Below the pieces are notes generated by a model. That model did no database searches, was not told the DNA's origin, and was given only the letters and a program-made list of their open reading frames with translations. A stretch of DNA of 64,000 bases. Origin: Candidatus Cloacimonadales bacterium (GTDB taxonomy: Bacteria > Cloacimonadota > Cloacimonadia > Cloacimonadales > JAFGVF01). The position numbers and the translations under genes were made by a program. Where the stretch lies: NCBI GenBank assembly GCA_963663475.2, contig CAXXJV010000001.1:2510578-2574577 (forward strand), read 5' to 3'. Numbering within the stretch: position 1 is the stretch's first letter; the number at the start of each line of letters is the position of its first letter. This document shows positions 45,443 to 56,030 of the stretch, in pieces.

Positions 45443-47893
45443 TTATTTTGTTTTAGCTACATAATAACCATACTCAGGAATTTGATTATCTTGTATTTTC
45501 TCAAATAAGCTGATTGGATATTGACTTATAAAGGAGCTTATCTCAATTTGTAAGTTACTTCTATTGATAATTATTATTATTTCCTTGGTATCTTGCAGAC
45601 TCCATCGTTTGTAGATAAGTAAGTGTTCATCTTCAATAAACTCTATATATCCATCCCAAAGAAGAGGATTGTCTTTTCTAACTTTAATAATATTCTTATA
45701 AAAATCTAATAAATCAAGTCTTTCTTCATCTGTCTCGTAATCCCATGGGAAAGGTCTCCTATTATCAGGGTCTTTTTCTCCAGCTAAAAAGACTTCATCA
45801 CCATAATAAATGTGAGGAATTCCGATAAAAGTAAATTGGAAGACGATAGCTAGTTTTAACCTAGCAAGCTTATCTTTGGCTAAACTTCTTAATCTGAGAG
45901 TATCATGACTAGCCAAGAGGTTCATTTGGCTTTTGATACTTTGCCAAGGAAGATTAAGCAGACCACTAGAGATTCTCTCAATAAAAGTACTTAGGGATGT
46001 TGACTTGTTAAAGAAATAAGCAAGTAGAGGATCTTTGAAGAAGTGATAATTCATAATTCCATCAAAATATTCACCTTGTAGCCATTCTTGTGGATCATTC
46101 CAAACTTCTCCTACCAGGTAAGCATTTGCTTTGACTCCTTTTACCATATCTCTAAAGACTTGCCAGAACCAAAATGGTACTTCTTCTGGAACATCTAATC
46201 TAAAACCATCTATATCATATTCAGTAAGCCAGATTTTCATTGATACTAGCAAATAATTAACCAAATCATGATTAAGGTCAGCTACTTCAATATCTTTAAC
46301 CATATTTTCAGCTTTTGGTCCTCGAGATAGATCATAGTTAAATTCAGGCAAATCTTTTACCCCCCACCAGCATTGATAATAATCTTCAGCAATAAAGTTT
46401 TCATCTAGTTTCTTAGGAAGAGGCCATTTATACCAATCAAACCACTTCCAATATTTAGATTTATCTCCTTTTTCTCGACAATCTTTAAAAGCAAAAAAGT
46501 CATATCCACAATGATTTAAGGCTATATCTATAATTACTTTTATCTCATTCTGGTGTAAAATGTCTACAAGTTCTTTAAAGGCAGGGTTACCACCTAGATG
46601 GGGATCTATTTGCCTAAAATCTATACTATCATATCGATGGGGAGATTTAGCTGTAAAGATAGGATTGAGATAGATTAATGAGATTCCTAATTCTTTAAGA
46701 TATGATATTCTTGATTGGATTCCTTTCAAATCACCTCCGTAGAAGGCAAACCAATCAGGATTAGCTTGAGCTGAGTAAGGGCTCTCTTTTAGTATTTTGA
46801 TATCATTCCAATCAGCTAAATGATAGTATTCTTCATTTTTATTAAGACTTCTAACTTGAGGTTTTTGATTTTTTCCTTGATAATAAGTTTCTTGAAAATG
46901 GGGATTAAGACTAGAATCTCCGTTAGCAAAACGATCAGGCATAATTTGGTAGATTATTTTTGAATGTAGGCTTGAATCTATTTGGATAATCCTAAGAGAA
47001 TAGGGTCTAAACCAGGATCTTACTCTTTTATTATTGCTGAGTTTATCCTGGTTTGCATATAGGATAAGGTCTTTACTTTTAAGTATTAAAGAAAATTTAT
47101 ATATCTTATATATGTCCTGTATTTTAATTATTGTGTGGAAAGTAACTTGCTGATTAGTGCTAGCAAGGCAGACAAGTTTATGTGATTCATCATTTAGTTG
47201 TAAGCTTATTTCAAGTTGAGGAAAATTAGGTACTAGGATCTTAAATTCAAAAGAATCAGCATAGTATCTATATATTCTGATAATTTTGTCTTTTAGGAAA
47301 ATATCATTGGAATCATAGGAATCAATCAAGACTGGATTAATAGAGATATGATCAGTCACCGAGGTTTTAATAACTGAATTAGGGGAAATATTATCATGTG
47401 ATTCTTTAATAGTCTGGGAGTTTGCTTCTTTCTCGTTATACCAGCGATCTCCTTTAGCTAGATACTTATACTGATACTGGCCTTTAGGAAGAAACAGGTT
47501 GCTTTTGAAAAAACCTTTATCCAAATGTAATTGATTAGCATTAGGTAACCAGTTATTAAAATCCCCAACAATTGATATTTCCTCATAGTTCTTTGAATTC
47601 TTTAGTTTAATAGGTATTATATAAAGTAAATCATCATCAGAGGGAATATTAAGCAGAGAAAATGTTTCCCTTCCTTGGCTTACTGTATTAGCTTTGGGAT
47701 CTAGAATTATTTGATTATCTTTAAGGAAGTAATATTTATATTTACCTGGTTTGAGTTGGATTTCCAGCTTATAAATACCTGAATCTTCTTGCATTTTAAG
47801 TGAGTTTTTCTTCCAATTATTAAAGTCACCCACTAAGTAAATATCAAACTTGCCTGCTATGGGTGGTTGATAAGAAAAGAGTATTTTTTTCAT
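45443..47893 (-). CDS. GH13 alpha-amylase-family enzyme with two N-terminal CBM48-like (GDFNNW) modules
   Basis: GH13 regions DIALNHCG, GFRLDVPEEV, LVGEVW and LLASHDTLR. GDFNNW appears twice at the N-terminus. Confidence 0.8.
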   Translation of the reverse strand: MKKILFSYQPPIAGKFDIYLVGDFNNWKKNSLKMQEDSGIYKLEIQLKPGKYKYYFLKDNQIILDPKANTVSQGRETFSLLNIPSDDDLLYIIPIKLKNSKNYEEISIVGDFNNWLPNANQLHLDKGFFKSNLFLPKGQYQYKYLAKGDRWYNEKEANSQTIKESHDNISPNSVIKTSVTDHISINPVLIDSYDSNDIFLKDKIIRIYRYYADSFEFKILVPNFPQLEISLQLNDESHKLVCLASTNQQVTFHTIIKIQDIYKIYKFSLILKSKDLILYANQDKLSNNKRVRSWFRPYSLRIIQIDSSLHSKIIYQIMPDRFANGDSSLNPHFQETYYQGKNQKPQVRSLNKNEEYYHLADWNDIKILKESPYSAQANPDWFAFYGGDLKGIQSRISYLKELGISLIYLNPIFTAKSPHRYDSIDFRQIDPHLGGNPAFKELVDILHQNEIKVIIDIALNHCGYDFFAFKDCREKGDKSKYWKWFDWYKWPLPKKLDENFIAEDYYQCWWGVKDLPEFNYDLSRGPKAENMVKDIEVADLNHDLVNYLLVSMKIWLTEYDIDGFRLDVPEEVPFWFWQVFRDMVKGVKANAYLVGEVWNDPQEWLQGEYFDGIMNYHFFKDPLLAYFFNKSTSLSTFIERISSGLLNLPWQSIKSQMNLLASHDTLRLRSLAKDKLARLKLAIVFQFTFIGIPHIYYGDEVFLAGEKDPDNRRPFPWDYETDEERLDLLDFYKNIIKVRKDNPLLWDGYIEFIEDEHLLIYKRWSLQDTKEIIIIINRSNLQIEISSFISQYPISLFEKIQDNQIPEYGYYVAKTK

Positions 47894-47898
47894 ATGCT

Positions 47899-50800
47899 TT
47901 AGAAGTTTATTGTGTGGAACAACATAATTTCGTGCGAGTTATCTCCAGAAGGTCTATATTTGTATGTATAAGACATCTTAGTATTGAAGTTAATATTTGT
48001 TCTAATCTGAAAGTCTTGATCATAAATAATTTTAGTTCTCCTATTTAAGTCAGTAATCTCTTGGAAAAAACCTTCATAGTTAAAGTATAATCTCTTGTAG
48101 ATAGGTCTTCCAAAGTTAATTGTAAGATTATTGAGTAGTATTGAACTTGAGAATTGGGCTAGTTCCGAATCTGAAACTTCTTGAGTTTGCCCTTGATTTA
48201 GACCAGCATTTTGATCGTTAATAACATAATTATTAACCATATTCTTAACAAAACCTGGTCTAATATTGAAATAATCAAGTAAGAGTCTTCTTCTAAAGAA
48301 AGTTTCAACAGGTCTTAAGAAACTATTAACAAAGGTATTATCAACATTTGAACCTAGCATAAGAATTGTTTCATTTTGTAAGGCATTTTGATCTTCTTGC
48401 TGAGAATCATAGGAGCTATCTGAAATTCTTAATCTATTTATAGCTTGTGCTTGAGTTTTATCATCTGGATTATCGCTTGCTAGGGTTAAGACTAAGTCAT
48501 TAATACCTAGTTGATTACTCTGTCCATTAGAAACTTTTAAGGTAACAGTAGAACCATCTTGCACTCGTTTAACAAATGTTCCATTAATGGAAAAATCAAT
48601 TTCATTAATGAGAATCTCCACTAAATCAACGTCAAAATCAGTGTCTAAGAAAGTGACTGTTCCTTCTTCAGCAAGAAATCTTGCATCAGGTACAGACCAC
48701 TCATTATTCTTATAAGTAAGGTATAAGTAGCTATTAGGTGTAACAGAAATATCAGTAGGATAAGTGACATACTTCAAGTTCTCTCCCACTTGTAATCTAG
48801 CATTTAACTCAAATGGTAGGGGATTAGATTCTTTATCTTCTTCTTGAGTTTTCTTTTCTTTTCTACTAAAAGTACTTTGGGAAGCTGATGTAATAATAGA
48901 TAATAAGTTTTCAGTATTAGGAGGGTAGATAATAGAAGCATTAGAGACATTAACCTCCACATCAATCTTCATGTCATCAAAAGGACCTTTTATGGTAGCA
49001 AAGTTATCTGATAGTCCAGCTATCTTAACCAGAGCAGCCTCATTTTTAGGCATATATTGTGGTATATGAGCAAGGATACCTTTCTGAGATGTGGATATGC
49101 TAAATTGTCCTAAGATTAGATTTCCTATAAAAAAATTATCATTATCTTCAGAGATTTTATTAGCTATTGTCAGAAAACCATCACCCAGCTGTAATTTAAA
49201 TCTATCGAGGTCAAGTTGATTATCTTTAAATTGAGCAGTGATATCAATATCTTCTATAGTCTGGGGTTGATTAACAAGTTTTAAAAAGCTGTCTTCAGTG
49301 TTAATATAGCCTTCATAGACTTGAAAACCTTCTTCATCAACACCAACAATGAGTTCGCTTGTTAAATCAAATGTTCCAGCTTCTAAAAGATCAGGAGTAA
49401 ACTTTTGGAGAATGTTAAAAACATCAGCATCTAGTTTAACATAGAGTTTTTCTTCTGAAGGGATAAATTCATTTTTAAAGAGATCATAAGAGAAGTCTCC
49501 GATAATATTAACATCAGCATAATTATGGGAATTAAAGTAAAGATTATCTACATGGATTCTTTGAGGAAGGTAGAGGAGGTTAAAATAGACATCATTAACT
49601 GCAATATCTTGAATTTGGAAGTCAGAGCCAACCCCTTTCAATCTAAATCTGTACTTGTCTTCTTCTCTAGAGTCATATCTAAAAGTTAAATCTCCACTAA
49701 CAAAGCCTTGTAAGGGAATTATATTCTGATAATCTTTAAAATCTATTTCTTTGATAAGAGCATCAATATCTGCTTGCAAACCATCTTCAGTTTCAATAGA
49801 ACCTGTGGCTGAGATAAGTATTTGTCTCTCATTATAGACTATTAGTTCTTCTAGAGATATTAAATCTGTTAAGCCTTCAAAGCTAGCTTTCAATCCATAA
49901 CCAGAAAAGCCAGCATACTCCAGACCAGTAATATTTACTTGTCCTTTAATCATTTCGTTGAACCAAAAATAATCAATATTTAAAGTTATGAAACCATTAG
50001 GATATTTTTCAGCTATTTTCTTAGGTAAGAATTTTTTAAAGTCTCGCAAAGCAAGTTGATTAACCTCAAGTTTTAAACCTCTATCAGCAGACAATAAGTC
50101 TCTTCCCTTGATCACTATCTCTTGATTAATTTTGAGATCAGCATTAAGTTCAGCAAATTTATTGAGAGACATTTGGGTTAGGATATTTAATTCTTGATTA
50201 TATAGCTTACCATTAATAGTGTTATTGGAAAGAGCTAGTTGCTTGTCAGCGAGATTCCATTGTACATTAGTTCTAAGAGGAAGATAAATATTATCAGACA
50301 GGGCGGTAATTTCTAGATTTAAATCAGCTTGAACATTATCATTATCTTTTCTTAGATCTATTTTGCCATTAATAAGAGGATTTAATTCAGAGAATGAATC
50401 ATTCTTCAAGCTAGTATAAGCCTTGTTTGCTTGAAAATCTAGGAAGGTTAGAGAGGCCTGAGAATTAGAAAAGGCTAAATCTGTTTCAACCTTCATTGAA
50501 AAATTATTATTATCTAAATTAGCAGATAAGAAATCTTTATCCAAACTAACAAAGCCAGAAATTGGGGGTAGCAAGGTCTCTTTATAACCAATTGTAAAGT
50601 CACTTACAGCTAATCTAAAATATGAGTTACCTTCTAGGATAATACCTTTAGTTAGAAGGTCTCCCTGTAGGGTTATATTACTGTCTTCTTTATTTTTAAT
50701 CAGAAGGTCAGCAGCTATATAGTTTTTGTGTAAGATACCATGACCAGTAATAAGATTTTGGTCGAGTTCAGTGTTATTTAGGTGTAATTCTAGTTGTTCT

Positions 50801-51975
50801 TGATAGTCTAGGCTAGCATCAATGTTAGTTAAAACGAGAGAGTTAAAATCTAAGGTATCAGACTTTATCTGGCCTGTAATCAGTAAATCAGATGCATAGC
50901 CACTCACTCCTACATTAGCATTGACAATTCCTTTCATAAAATTATAGGAATTAGCAATTTGATAGTTTTTAACATTAGCATCTGCTTCAATCTCAAGCCT
51001 ATCAAAGAGTTTTATCAATCTACCTTCTACACTAACTGGAATATTCATAAATGATGATTTAGCAGGTTTTACCAACAAGTCTTGACTATCCCCTGTAATA
51101 AGTAGTTCATCTAGTTGCAGAGGTAAGTCAAAAAGATTAGCTTTAGCCTGTTTACTAAATAAGTTTAAGCTTAAGAATAGTCCTTGGGGAGAATCAAACT
51201 CAAGTTTAGCTGAACCTACTAAGTTTAATTGTAAATCTTTAGCTACAGGAACATAGAGGGAATCAGGATTATAACCTGCTAGATCTAAAGTGATTTCATT
51301 AAGGCCTGTATCGGTAAATTTCAAAGCTACTTGAAAATCATTCTTTCTATTATCAAGCATCTTGACTTGCAGATTTTTATCTCTCTGATTATCAAAAGTT
51401 ATATCAGCTTGCGAAAATGTATCTCTGATACCGAAATAAGACTTATAAACAACCTCAGCTTCAAGGTCTGCTTTCTCGATAGTAACCTTCCTAACATAAT
51501 CCCTGATATCAAATGGTTTATCATTTTCTTTTTCTTCTATTTTGTCTCTTCTCTCTCTGGATGTTTTTTCTTTCTCTAAGAACTTCTGGTCATATTTTAT
51601 TTTAGGACTATCAATATAGAGAGAATCTACAACTTGCACTAGCCAATTTGTTGGATTAATAAGGGATGAATAATTCAAGTCTAAGTTCAGTTTTGGGGTA
51701 TTTAGATAATAGTATATATCATTTTGCGATTCAACTATTAGGTCATCGAAATAAATACCAGTACTATTTATATCAATCTTAGACATGCTTATATCAGTCT
51801 TAGCTAAATCAGCTACTGTATTTTCTAAGAGATACTTGGCAATATCATTTCTTTTCCAAACAAGAGTAAAGATAAGAGTTATAAATATTAAGAGCAAGAT
51901 ATATATTACTGACCTTTTCTTCCATCTCTTTTTAGATTTTTGAATCTTATTAGACTGATTAGTGATTTTTTTCAT
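47899..51975 (-). CDS. TamB/AsmA-like translocation and assembly module protein
   Basis: 1358 aa with an N-terminal membrane anchor VIYILLLIFITLIFTLVW and a long beta-rich body. Sits in an envelope operon with Lol genes. Family call by architecture only. Confidence 0.55.
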   Translation of the reverse strand: MKKITNQSNKIQKSKKRWKKRSVIYILLLIFITLIFTLVWKRNDIAKYLLENTVADLAKTDISMSKIDINSTGIYFDDLIVESQNDIYYYLNTPKLNLDLNYSSLINPTNWLVQVVDSLYIDSPKIKYDQKFLEKEKTSRERRDKIEEKENDKPFDIRDYVRKVTIEKADLEAEVVYKSYFGIRDTFSQADITFDNQRDKNLQVKMLDNRKNDFQVALKFTDTGLNEITLDLAGYNPDSLYVPVAKDLQLNLVGSAKLEFDSPQGLFLSLNLFSKQAKANLFDLPLQLDELLITGDSQDLLVKPAKSSFMNIPVSVEGRLIKLFDRLEIEADANVKNYQIANSYNFMKGIVNANVGVSGYASDLLITGQIKSDTLDFNSLVLTNIDASLDYQEQLELHLNNTELDQNLITGHGILHKNYIAADLLIKNKEDSNITLQGDLLTKGIILEGNSYFRLAVSDFTIGYKETLLPPISGFVSLDKDFLSANLDNNNFSMKVETDLAFSNSQASLTFLDFQANKAYTSLKNDSFSELNPLINGKIDLRKDNDNVQADLNLEITALSDNIYLPLRTNVQWNLADKQLALSNNTINGKLYNQELNILTQMSLNKFAELNADLKINQEIVIKGRDLLSADRGLKLEVNQLALRDFKKFLPKKIAEKYPNGFITLNIDYFWFNEMIKGQVNITGLEYAGFSGYGLKASFEGLTDLISLEELIVYNERQILISATGSIETEDGLQADIDALIKEIDFKDYQNIIPLQGFVSGDLTFRYDSREEDKYRFRLKGVGSDFQIQDIAVNDVYFNLLYLPQRIHVDNLYFNSHNYADVNIIGDFSYDLFKNEFIPSEEKLYVKLDADVFNILQKFTPDLLEAGTFDLTSELIVGVDEEGFQVYEGYINTEDSFLKLVNQPQTIEDIDITAQFKDNQLDLDRFKLQLGDGFLTIANKISEDNDNFFIGNLILGQFSISTSQKGILAHIPQYMPKNEAALVKIAGLSDNFATIKGPFDDMKIDVEVNVSNASIIYPPNTENLLSIITSASQSTFSRKEKKTQEEDKESNPLPFELNARLQVGENLKYVTYPTDISVTPNSYLYLTYKNNEWSVPDARFLAEEGTVTFLDTDFDVDLVEILINEIDFSINGTFVKRVQDGSTVTLKVSNGQSNQLGINDLVLTLASDNPDDKTQAQAINRLRISDSSYDSQQEDQNALQNETILMLGSNVDNTFVNSFLRPVETFFRRRLLLDYFNIRPGFVKNMVNNYVINDQNAGLNQGQTQEVSDSELAQFSSSILLNNLTINFGRPIYKRLYFNYEGFFQEITDLNRRTKIIYDQDFQIRTNINFNTKMSYTYKYRPSGDNSHEIMLFHTINF

Positions 51976-52637
51976 ATAAGACTTAGTTTACCCTCTCGGA
52001 TAGTATAGTGGGTATCTTCTGTAGATACTAAACTTAGATCATGAGTAACAAAGATTATAGTCAATCCTTGTTTGTTTAAATCTCTAAGAATATCCATTAC
52101 AATTTTTGTAGTTTCATTATCAAGATTTCCTGAAGGTTCATCAGCTAAAAGTATCATTGGTTTAGTAACGATAGCTCTAGCAATTGCGATTCTTTGTTCT
52201 TCTCCCCCACTAAGTTGATTAGGGAAATGATTTATTCTATCTAATAAGGCTAATTTCTCGATAATAGATTGAGCTTTTGCATAAGCTTCTTTTTTCTTAA
52301 GACCTTGCACTAGCAGAGGAATAGCTACATTTTCTAAGGCGGTAAAATCTTCTAAGAGGTAATGAAATTGGAAAATAAAGCCAATGTTCCTGTTGCGGAA
52401 ACTTTCTATGTTAGAGATTTTAGTATGAACTTTTCCATCCAAAGAAATCTCTCCTGAATCTGGGCTATCTAATAAGCCAATGAGATGAAGTAAGGTACTC
52501 TTACCACAACCAGATGCACCTGTTATTGCTACAAATTCGCCTTTTTTTACTGTAAGATCTATTTCTTTTAGTACATTTAGTTTATGATTAGCATCGCGAT
52601 AACTTTTACTAACTTTATTTAGTTTAATTATTTCCAT
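51972..52637 (-). CDS. lolD: ABC transporter ATP-binding protein, LolD family
   Basis: GASGCGKSTLLH, LSGGEEQRIAIARA, LLADEPSGNLD. Confidence 0.7.
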   Translation of the reverse strand: MEIIKLNKVSKSYRDANHKLNVLKEIDLTVKKGEFVAITGASGCGKSTLLHLIGLLDSPDSGEISLDGKVHTKISNIESFRNRNIGFIFQFHYLLEDFTALENVAIPLLVQGLKKKEAYAKAQSIIEKLALLDRINHFPNQLSGGEEQRIAIARAIVTKPMILLADEPSGNLDNETTKIVMDILRDLNKQGLTIIFVTHDLSLVSTEDTHYTIREGKLSLI

Positions 52638-52638
52638 T

Positions 52639-53868
52639 TTAGCGTCTCAATATTTTTATTATTTCAAGTTTATTTATTGATCTAAGAGATAGTAGGATAG
52701 TAACAGACATAATAAGAAGAGTAGTTCCGTAGATCAAAATGAGTGATGAGAATGAGGGGTTTATCATTATTTTATCTATAAAATAGATATCAGCTTTTAA
52801 GGTAAAATAATCTTGATGAGTTAATAGATAGGCTAAACCATAACCTACCAGTAAACCAAGTATTATACCTATATGAGTCAAAAGTAATGAAAAGATATAA
52901 TATAGTAGTTTTACCTGACTTCTTTTTAGCCCAAGTGTCATTAGAATTCCAATTTCTTCAATCTTCTCATTAATGATTGTACTGATTGTACTTATTACAT
53001 TAAAAGCAGCTACAATGATAATAATACAAAGAATCAGAAAAATCATCATTTTTTGTAGGGTAAGAGCTGCAAAAATAGATGAATCATAAGAAATTACATC
53101 ATGTGCATAAAGAATAGGCAGACTTGTCATGAAATCTCTGTTGAGTTGGCTAGCAATCTCTGAGCTTTTATCGCTATTTCTTTGATTTAAAATTAGAGAA
53201 TAGTCAGAATCTTTCAGCTTTTTACCACTCAATGTTAACAATTTATCGGAAGAAACAATCGCCCTAGTAAGATCAATGTCATAAAGACCTGTTTTATAAA
53301 CATCTTTGACCATTAAGTCTTGAGATTGGTTAACTAATCCAAATATAGAATACCTAATTGAACTAGGTAGTATAACTTGAATTGTATCACCAACCTGAGC
53401 ATTAAGTTCTTTAGCTAAATATTGGCCAAGAATTATTTGATTTTTTCCAAGTTGGAAACTTTTATTATTAGCAAAAGGATAAACAAGAGAATTATAAGCA
53501 GAATTCTCTTGATAAAATCCTTCTAAATAGGCTGGAGATTTCTCCCCTTTTCTACTAATAATTACAGATAATTTCTTGCGATTTGCTATAGCTCTAATAT
53601 CATTCTTGTAATTCGCGAGAATACTATTCAGCTTAGCTTCCTGAGTAGAAGTTAGCTCCTGACTATTATTCACGATAACTATATCAGGCTGAGATGCTTT
53701 AAAGGCCTGGCTTAGAGTTTCTTCATAACTTTCAAAGAGAATCATAGACAGACTTAGTGCCCCTACAGCTATTATGATACCAAGTATCATAAATATTGAA
53801 TTCTTCCCCCAAGAGGATTTTTTAAGTCTCTTTAGACTCTTCCAATATAAAGGAATTAATTGTTTCAC
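52639..53868 (-). CDS. FtsX-fold ABC permease, LolC/E family
   Basis: 409 aa: TM1, a large periplasmic domain, then three C-terminal TMs. Confidence 0.65.
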   Translation of the reverse strand: MKQLIPLYWKSLKRLKKSSWGKNSIFMILGIIIAVGALSLSMILFESYEETLSQAFKASQPDIVIVNNSQELTSTQEAKLNSILANYKNDIRAIANRKKLSVIISRKGEKSPAYLEGFYQENSAYNSLVYPFANNKSFQLGKNQIILGQYLAKELNAQVGDTIQVILPSSIRYSIFGLVNQSQDLMVKDVYKTGLYDIDLTRAIVSSDKLLTLSGKKLKDSDYSLILNQRNSDKSSEIASQLNRDFMTSLPILYAHDVISYDSSIFAALTLQKMMIFLILCIIIIVAAFNVISTISTIINEKIEEIGILMTLGLKRSQVKLLYYIFSLLLTHIGIILGLLVGYGLAYLLTHQDYFTLKADIYFIDKIMINPSFSSLILIYGTTLLIMSVTILLSLRSINKLEIIKILRR

Positions 53869-54362
53869 TAGTTATCTCTTTCTGAAGGAGCAGGTAATTC
53901 AATTATTATTTTTTCAGGTTCTGGCTCAGCTTCAGCTTCTTGGATTTCACTATGTGCTTTAAATATTGAAAATTCATTATTCTTAAACATATCTATTACA
54001 TAAACAACTAAGAACACTGTTACTGTGATGATAAGCAAAGCATAAATGAAATTATAAGAAATTAGAAACTTTCGCTCTTGCTTATACTCTAATGATTTGA
54101 AATTATTTACTTTATATTCAGGATATTTGCTTTCTATGATTGAAATAATCTTACTCTGATTAATATTTAGCTTCCTTACAATTGTATAAGCATAACTCTT
54201 TACTACTCCAAAGCCACCTAAAGACTCTATATCATCCTCTTCTAATAGGACAAGGTGGTCTTTTTTGATTAATGTAATATCTGCTAACTCTTCTATTGAA
54301 AGATTGTGTTCTTCCCTTATACTTCTTATATATTGTCCTATACTATCCATCATAAACTCCAT
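53868..54362 (-). CDS. RodZ-like HTH membrane protein
   Basis: IGQYIRSIREEHNLSIEELADITLIKKDHLVLLEEDD followed by one TM. Confidence 0.6.
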   Translation of the reverse strand: MEFMMDSIGQYIRSIREEHNLSIEELADITLIKKDHLVLLEEDDIESLGGFGVVKSYAYTIVRKLNINQSKIISIIESKYPEYKVNNFKSLEYKQERKFLISYNFIYALLIITVTVFLVVYVIDMFKNNEFSIFKAHSEIQEAEAEPEPEKIIIELPAPSERDN

Positions 54363-55141
54363 TTGAAGGTACCTTGGCAGACTATTCTAACCTCACCTTC
54401 TAAATTTACATTATTATTACTCTGAAAAACCTTTAGGTCTCCCCCATCTAATCCAACAATAATAGATGAATCTACTAAACTAGCTTGATAACAATCCCAA
54501 AAAAGGGCACTAGCGCCACTCCCACAGGCAAAGGTAAGTCCGCTACCTCGTTCATAAACTATTGCCTCTACTCTTTTTGGAGATACTACATCTATTAATT
54601 CTATATTTATTCCATCAGGAAAATCTCTAGTCTTCTGTAAATCTTCTGCAAGCTTGAGAAATTCAGCACGAGTCAAGTTTGCCTCTTTGTTATTAACAAT
54701 AAGATGTAAATTACCAATATCAATAACATTACCATTAAGACTAGGTGAAAAAAAATTTCTTACTAGTTTAGGCTGACCCATCTCTACCCTTACACAAGCT
54801 TGTTCAACATCAACTTTCGCCTGTTTCACTCCACTTAAACTATTAATACTTATCTCTACCTTACCCATATCTTGAGCAAGTAAATAAGCCAGAGATCTAA
54901 GAGCATTTCCACACATCTTTGCCTCAGAACCATCACTGTTAAATATCCTCATAAAACAGTCAGCTTCTACATCTGGATTAATTACCACTAATCCATCTGA
55001 ACCTATGCCAAATCTAATATCACTAACAGCTATTGCTAGACTAGTCAAATCTATATCTTGTAAGGATAAATCCCTATTATCCACATAAATATAATTATTT
55101 CCTTGGGCTGTAATTTTTGTAAAGTTAATATTCTTATTCAT
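54350..55141 (-). CDS. dapF: Diaminopimelate epimerase
   Basis: FNSDGSEAKMCGNALR and ERGSGLTFACGSGASA catalytic Cys motifs. Confidence 0.9.
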   Translation of the reverse strand: MNKNINFTKITAQGNNYIYVDNRDLSLQDIDLTSLAIAVSDIRFGIGSDGLVVINPDVEADCFMRIFNSDGSEAKMCGNALRSLAYLLAQDMGKVEISINSLSGVKQAKVDVEQACVRVEMGQPKLVRNFFSPSLNGNVIDIGNLHLIVNNKEANLTRAEFLKLAEDLQKTRDFPDGINIELIDVVSPKRVEAIVYERGSGLTFACGSGASALFWDCYQASLVDSSIIVGLDGGDLKVFQSNNNVNLEGEVRIVCQGTFKWSL

Positions 55142-55847
55142 CTAAGGCAAAAATCTCTCTAAAATAATCACTGAAGTTATAAAATCCTTGCTTACAAGCA
55201 ATCCAGTCAATAGATTTAACAGCTCCTGAAACAAATGCTGCCCTATCTCTAGCTAGATGCTTCATTTCAATGAAATCAAAATTACCATCAAAACCAAGGA
55301 CATGGGTTCCTGGTTTCTTACCAGCTCGAATAGCTTCAAATTCAAATCCTGGTCTCATTTCAGAATAGTTAGATTTTACTAGACCAGTAATATATTTAGC
55401 AGTACCAGATGGTTTGTCTTTTTTCTCCTTATGATGTTCTTCAAAAGCATAGAGATCATACTCAGGAATCTTATTCATCATTTTAGCTAGATAAGCTACC
55501 ATCTGAAAATAAATATTCATCCCAACAGAAAAATTAGCACCGAAAATTATTCCTACATGATATTTATTAGCAATAACTTTCACTTTTTCTATATCATCAT
55601 ACCAACCTGAAGTTCCTATGATTATGTTTACACCACATTTAGCTAAAGATTCTATCCGTCTAACCACTCCCTCAGGTTGGGTAAACTCCAGAGCAATCTC
55701 AGCTCCATTTAAGCTATCTCTGCTTATTTGTTTGTTATATTTTGACATGCTATCATCGATAATAGAAACAATTTCATGTCCTTTTTTCTCGCATAAAGAG
55801 TGGAGCATTTGCCCCATTTTTCCATAGCCAATTAAAGCAATTTTCAT
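55134..55847 (-). CDS. dapB: 4-hydroxy-tetrahydrodipicolinate reductase
   Basis: MKIALIGYGKMGQ NAD fold; EEHHKEKKDKPSGTA. AAGAGG-N7-ATG at 55847. The track start (55868) overlaps the predicted -10 box. Confidence 0.85.
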   Translation of the reverse strand: MKIALIGYGKMGQMLHSLCEKKGHEIVSIIDDSMSKYNKQISRDSLNGAEIALEFTQPEGVVRRIESLAKCGVNIIIGTSGWYDDIEKVKVIANKYHVGIIFGANFSVGMNIYFQMVAYLAKMMNKIPEYDLYAFEEHHKEKKDKPSGTAKYITGLVKSNYSEMRPGFEFEAIRAGKKPGTHVLGFDGNFDFIEMKHLARDRAAFVSGAVKSIDWIACKQGFYNFSDYFREIFALDE

Positions 55848-55866
55848 ATTTATACCTCTTTTATTC

Positions 55867-55895
55867 ATAATAAAATACTTTTAATATTTTGTCAA
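55867..55895 (-). promoter_or_regulatory. Candidate sigma70 promoter of the dapB-dapF...tamB operon
   Basis: Minus strand: TTGACA(55895-55890)-N17-TATTAT(55872-55867). Confidence 0.4.
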
Positions 55896-56030
55896 TTATA
55901 TATTTGTAGTTCAATTAAAGGTCTTTGTTCTACTTCCTATCTGTTAATTACACTAACAAAATAATTGACATATTTATGATTTGTTTTTTAATTGAAACAA
56001 ATACTAAAAATTAATATTTAAGGAGTTATA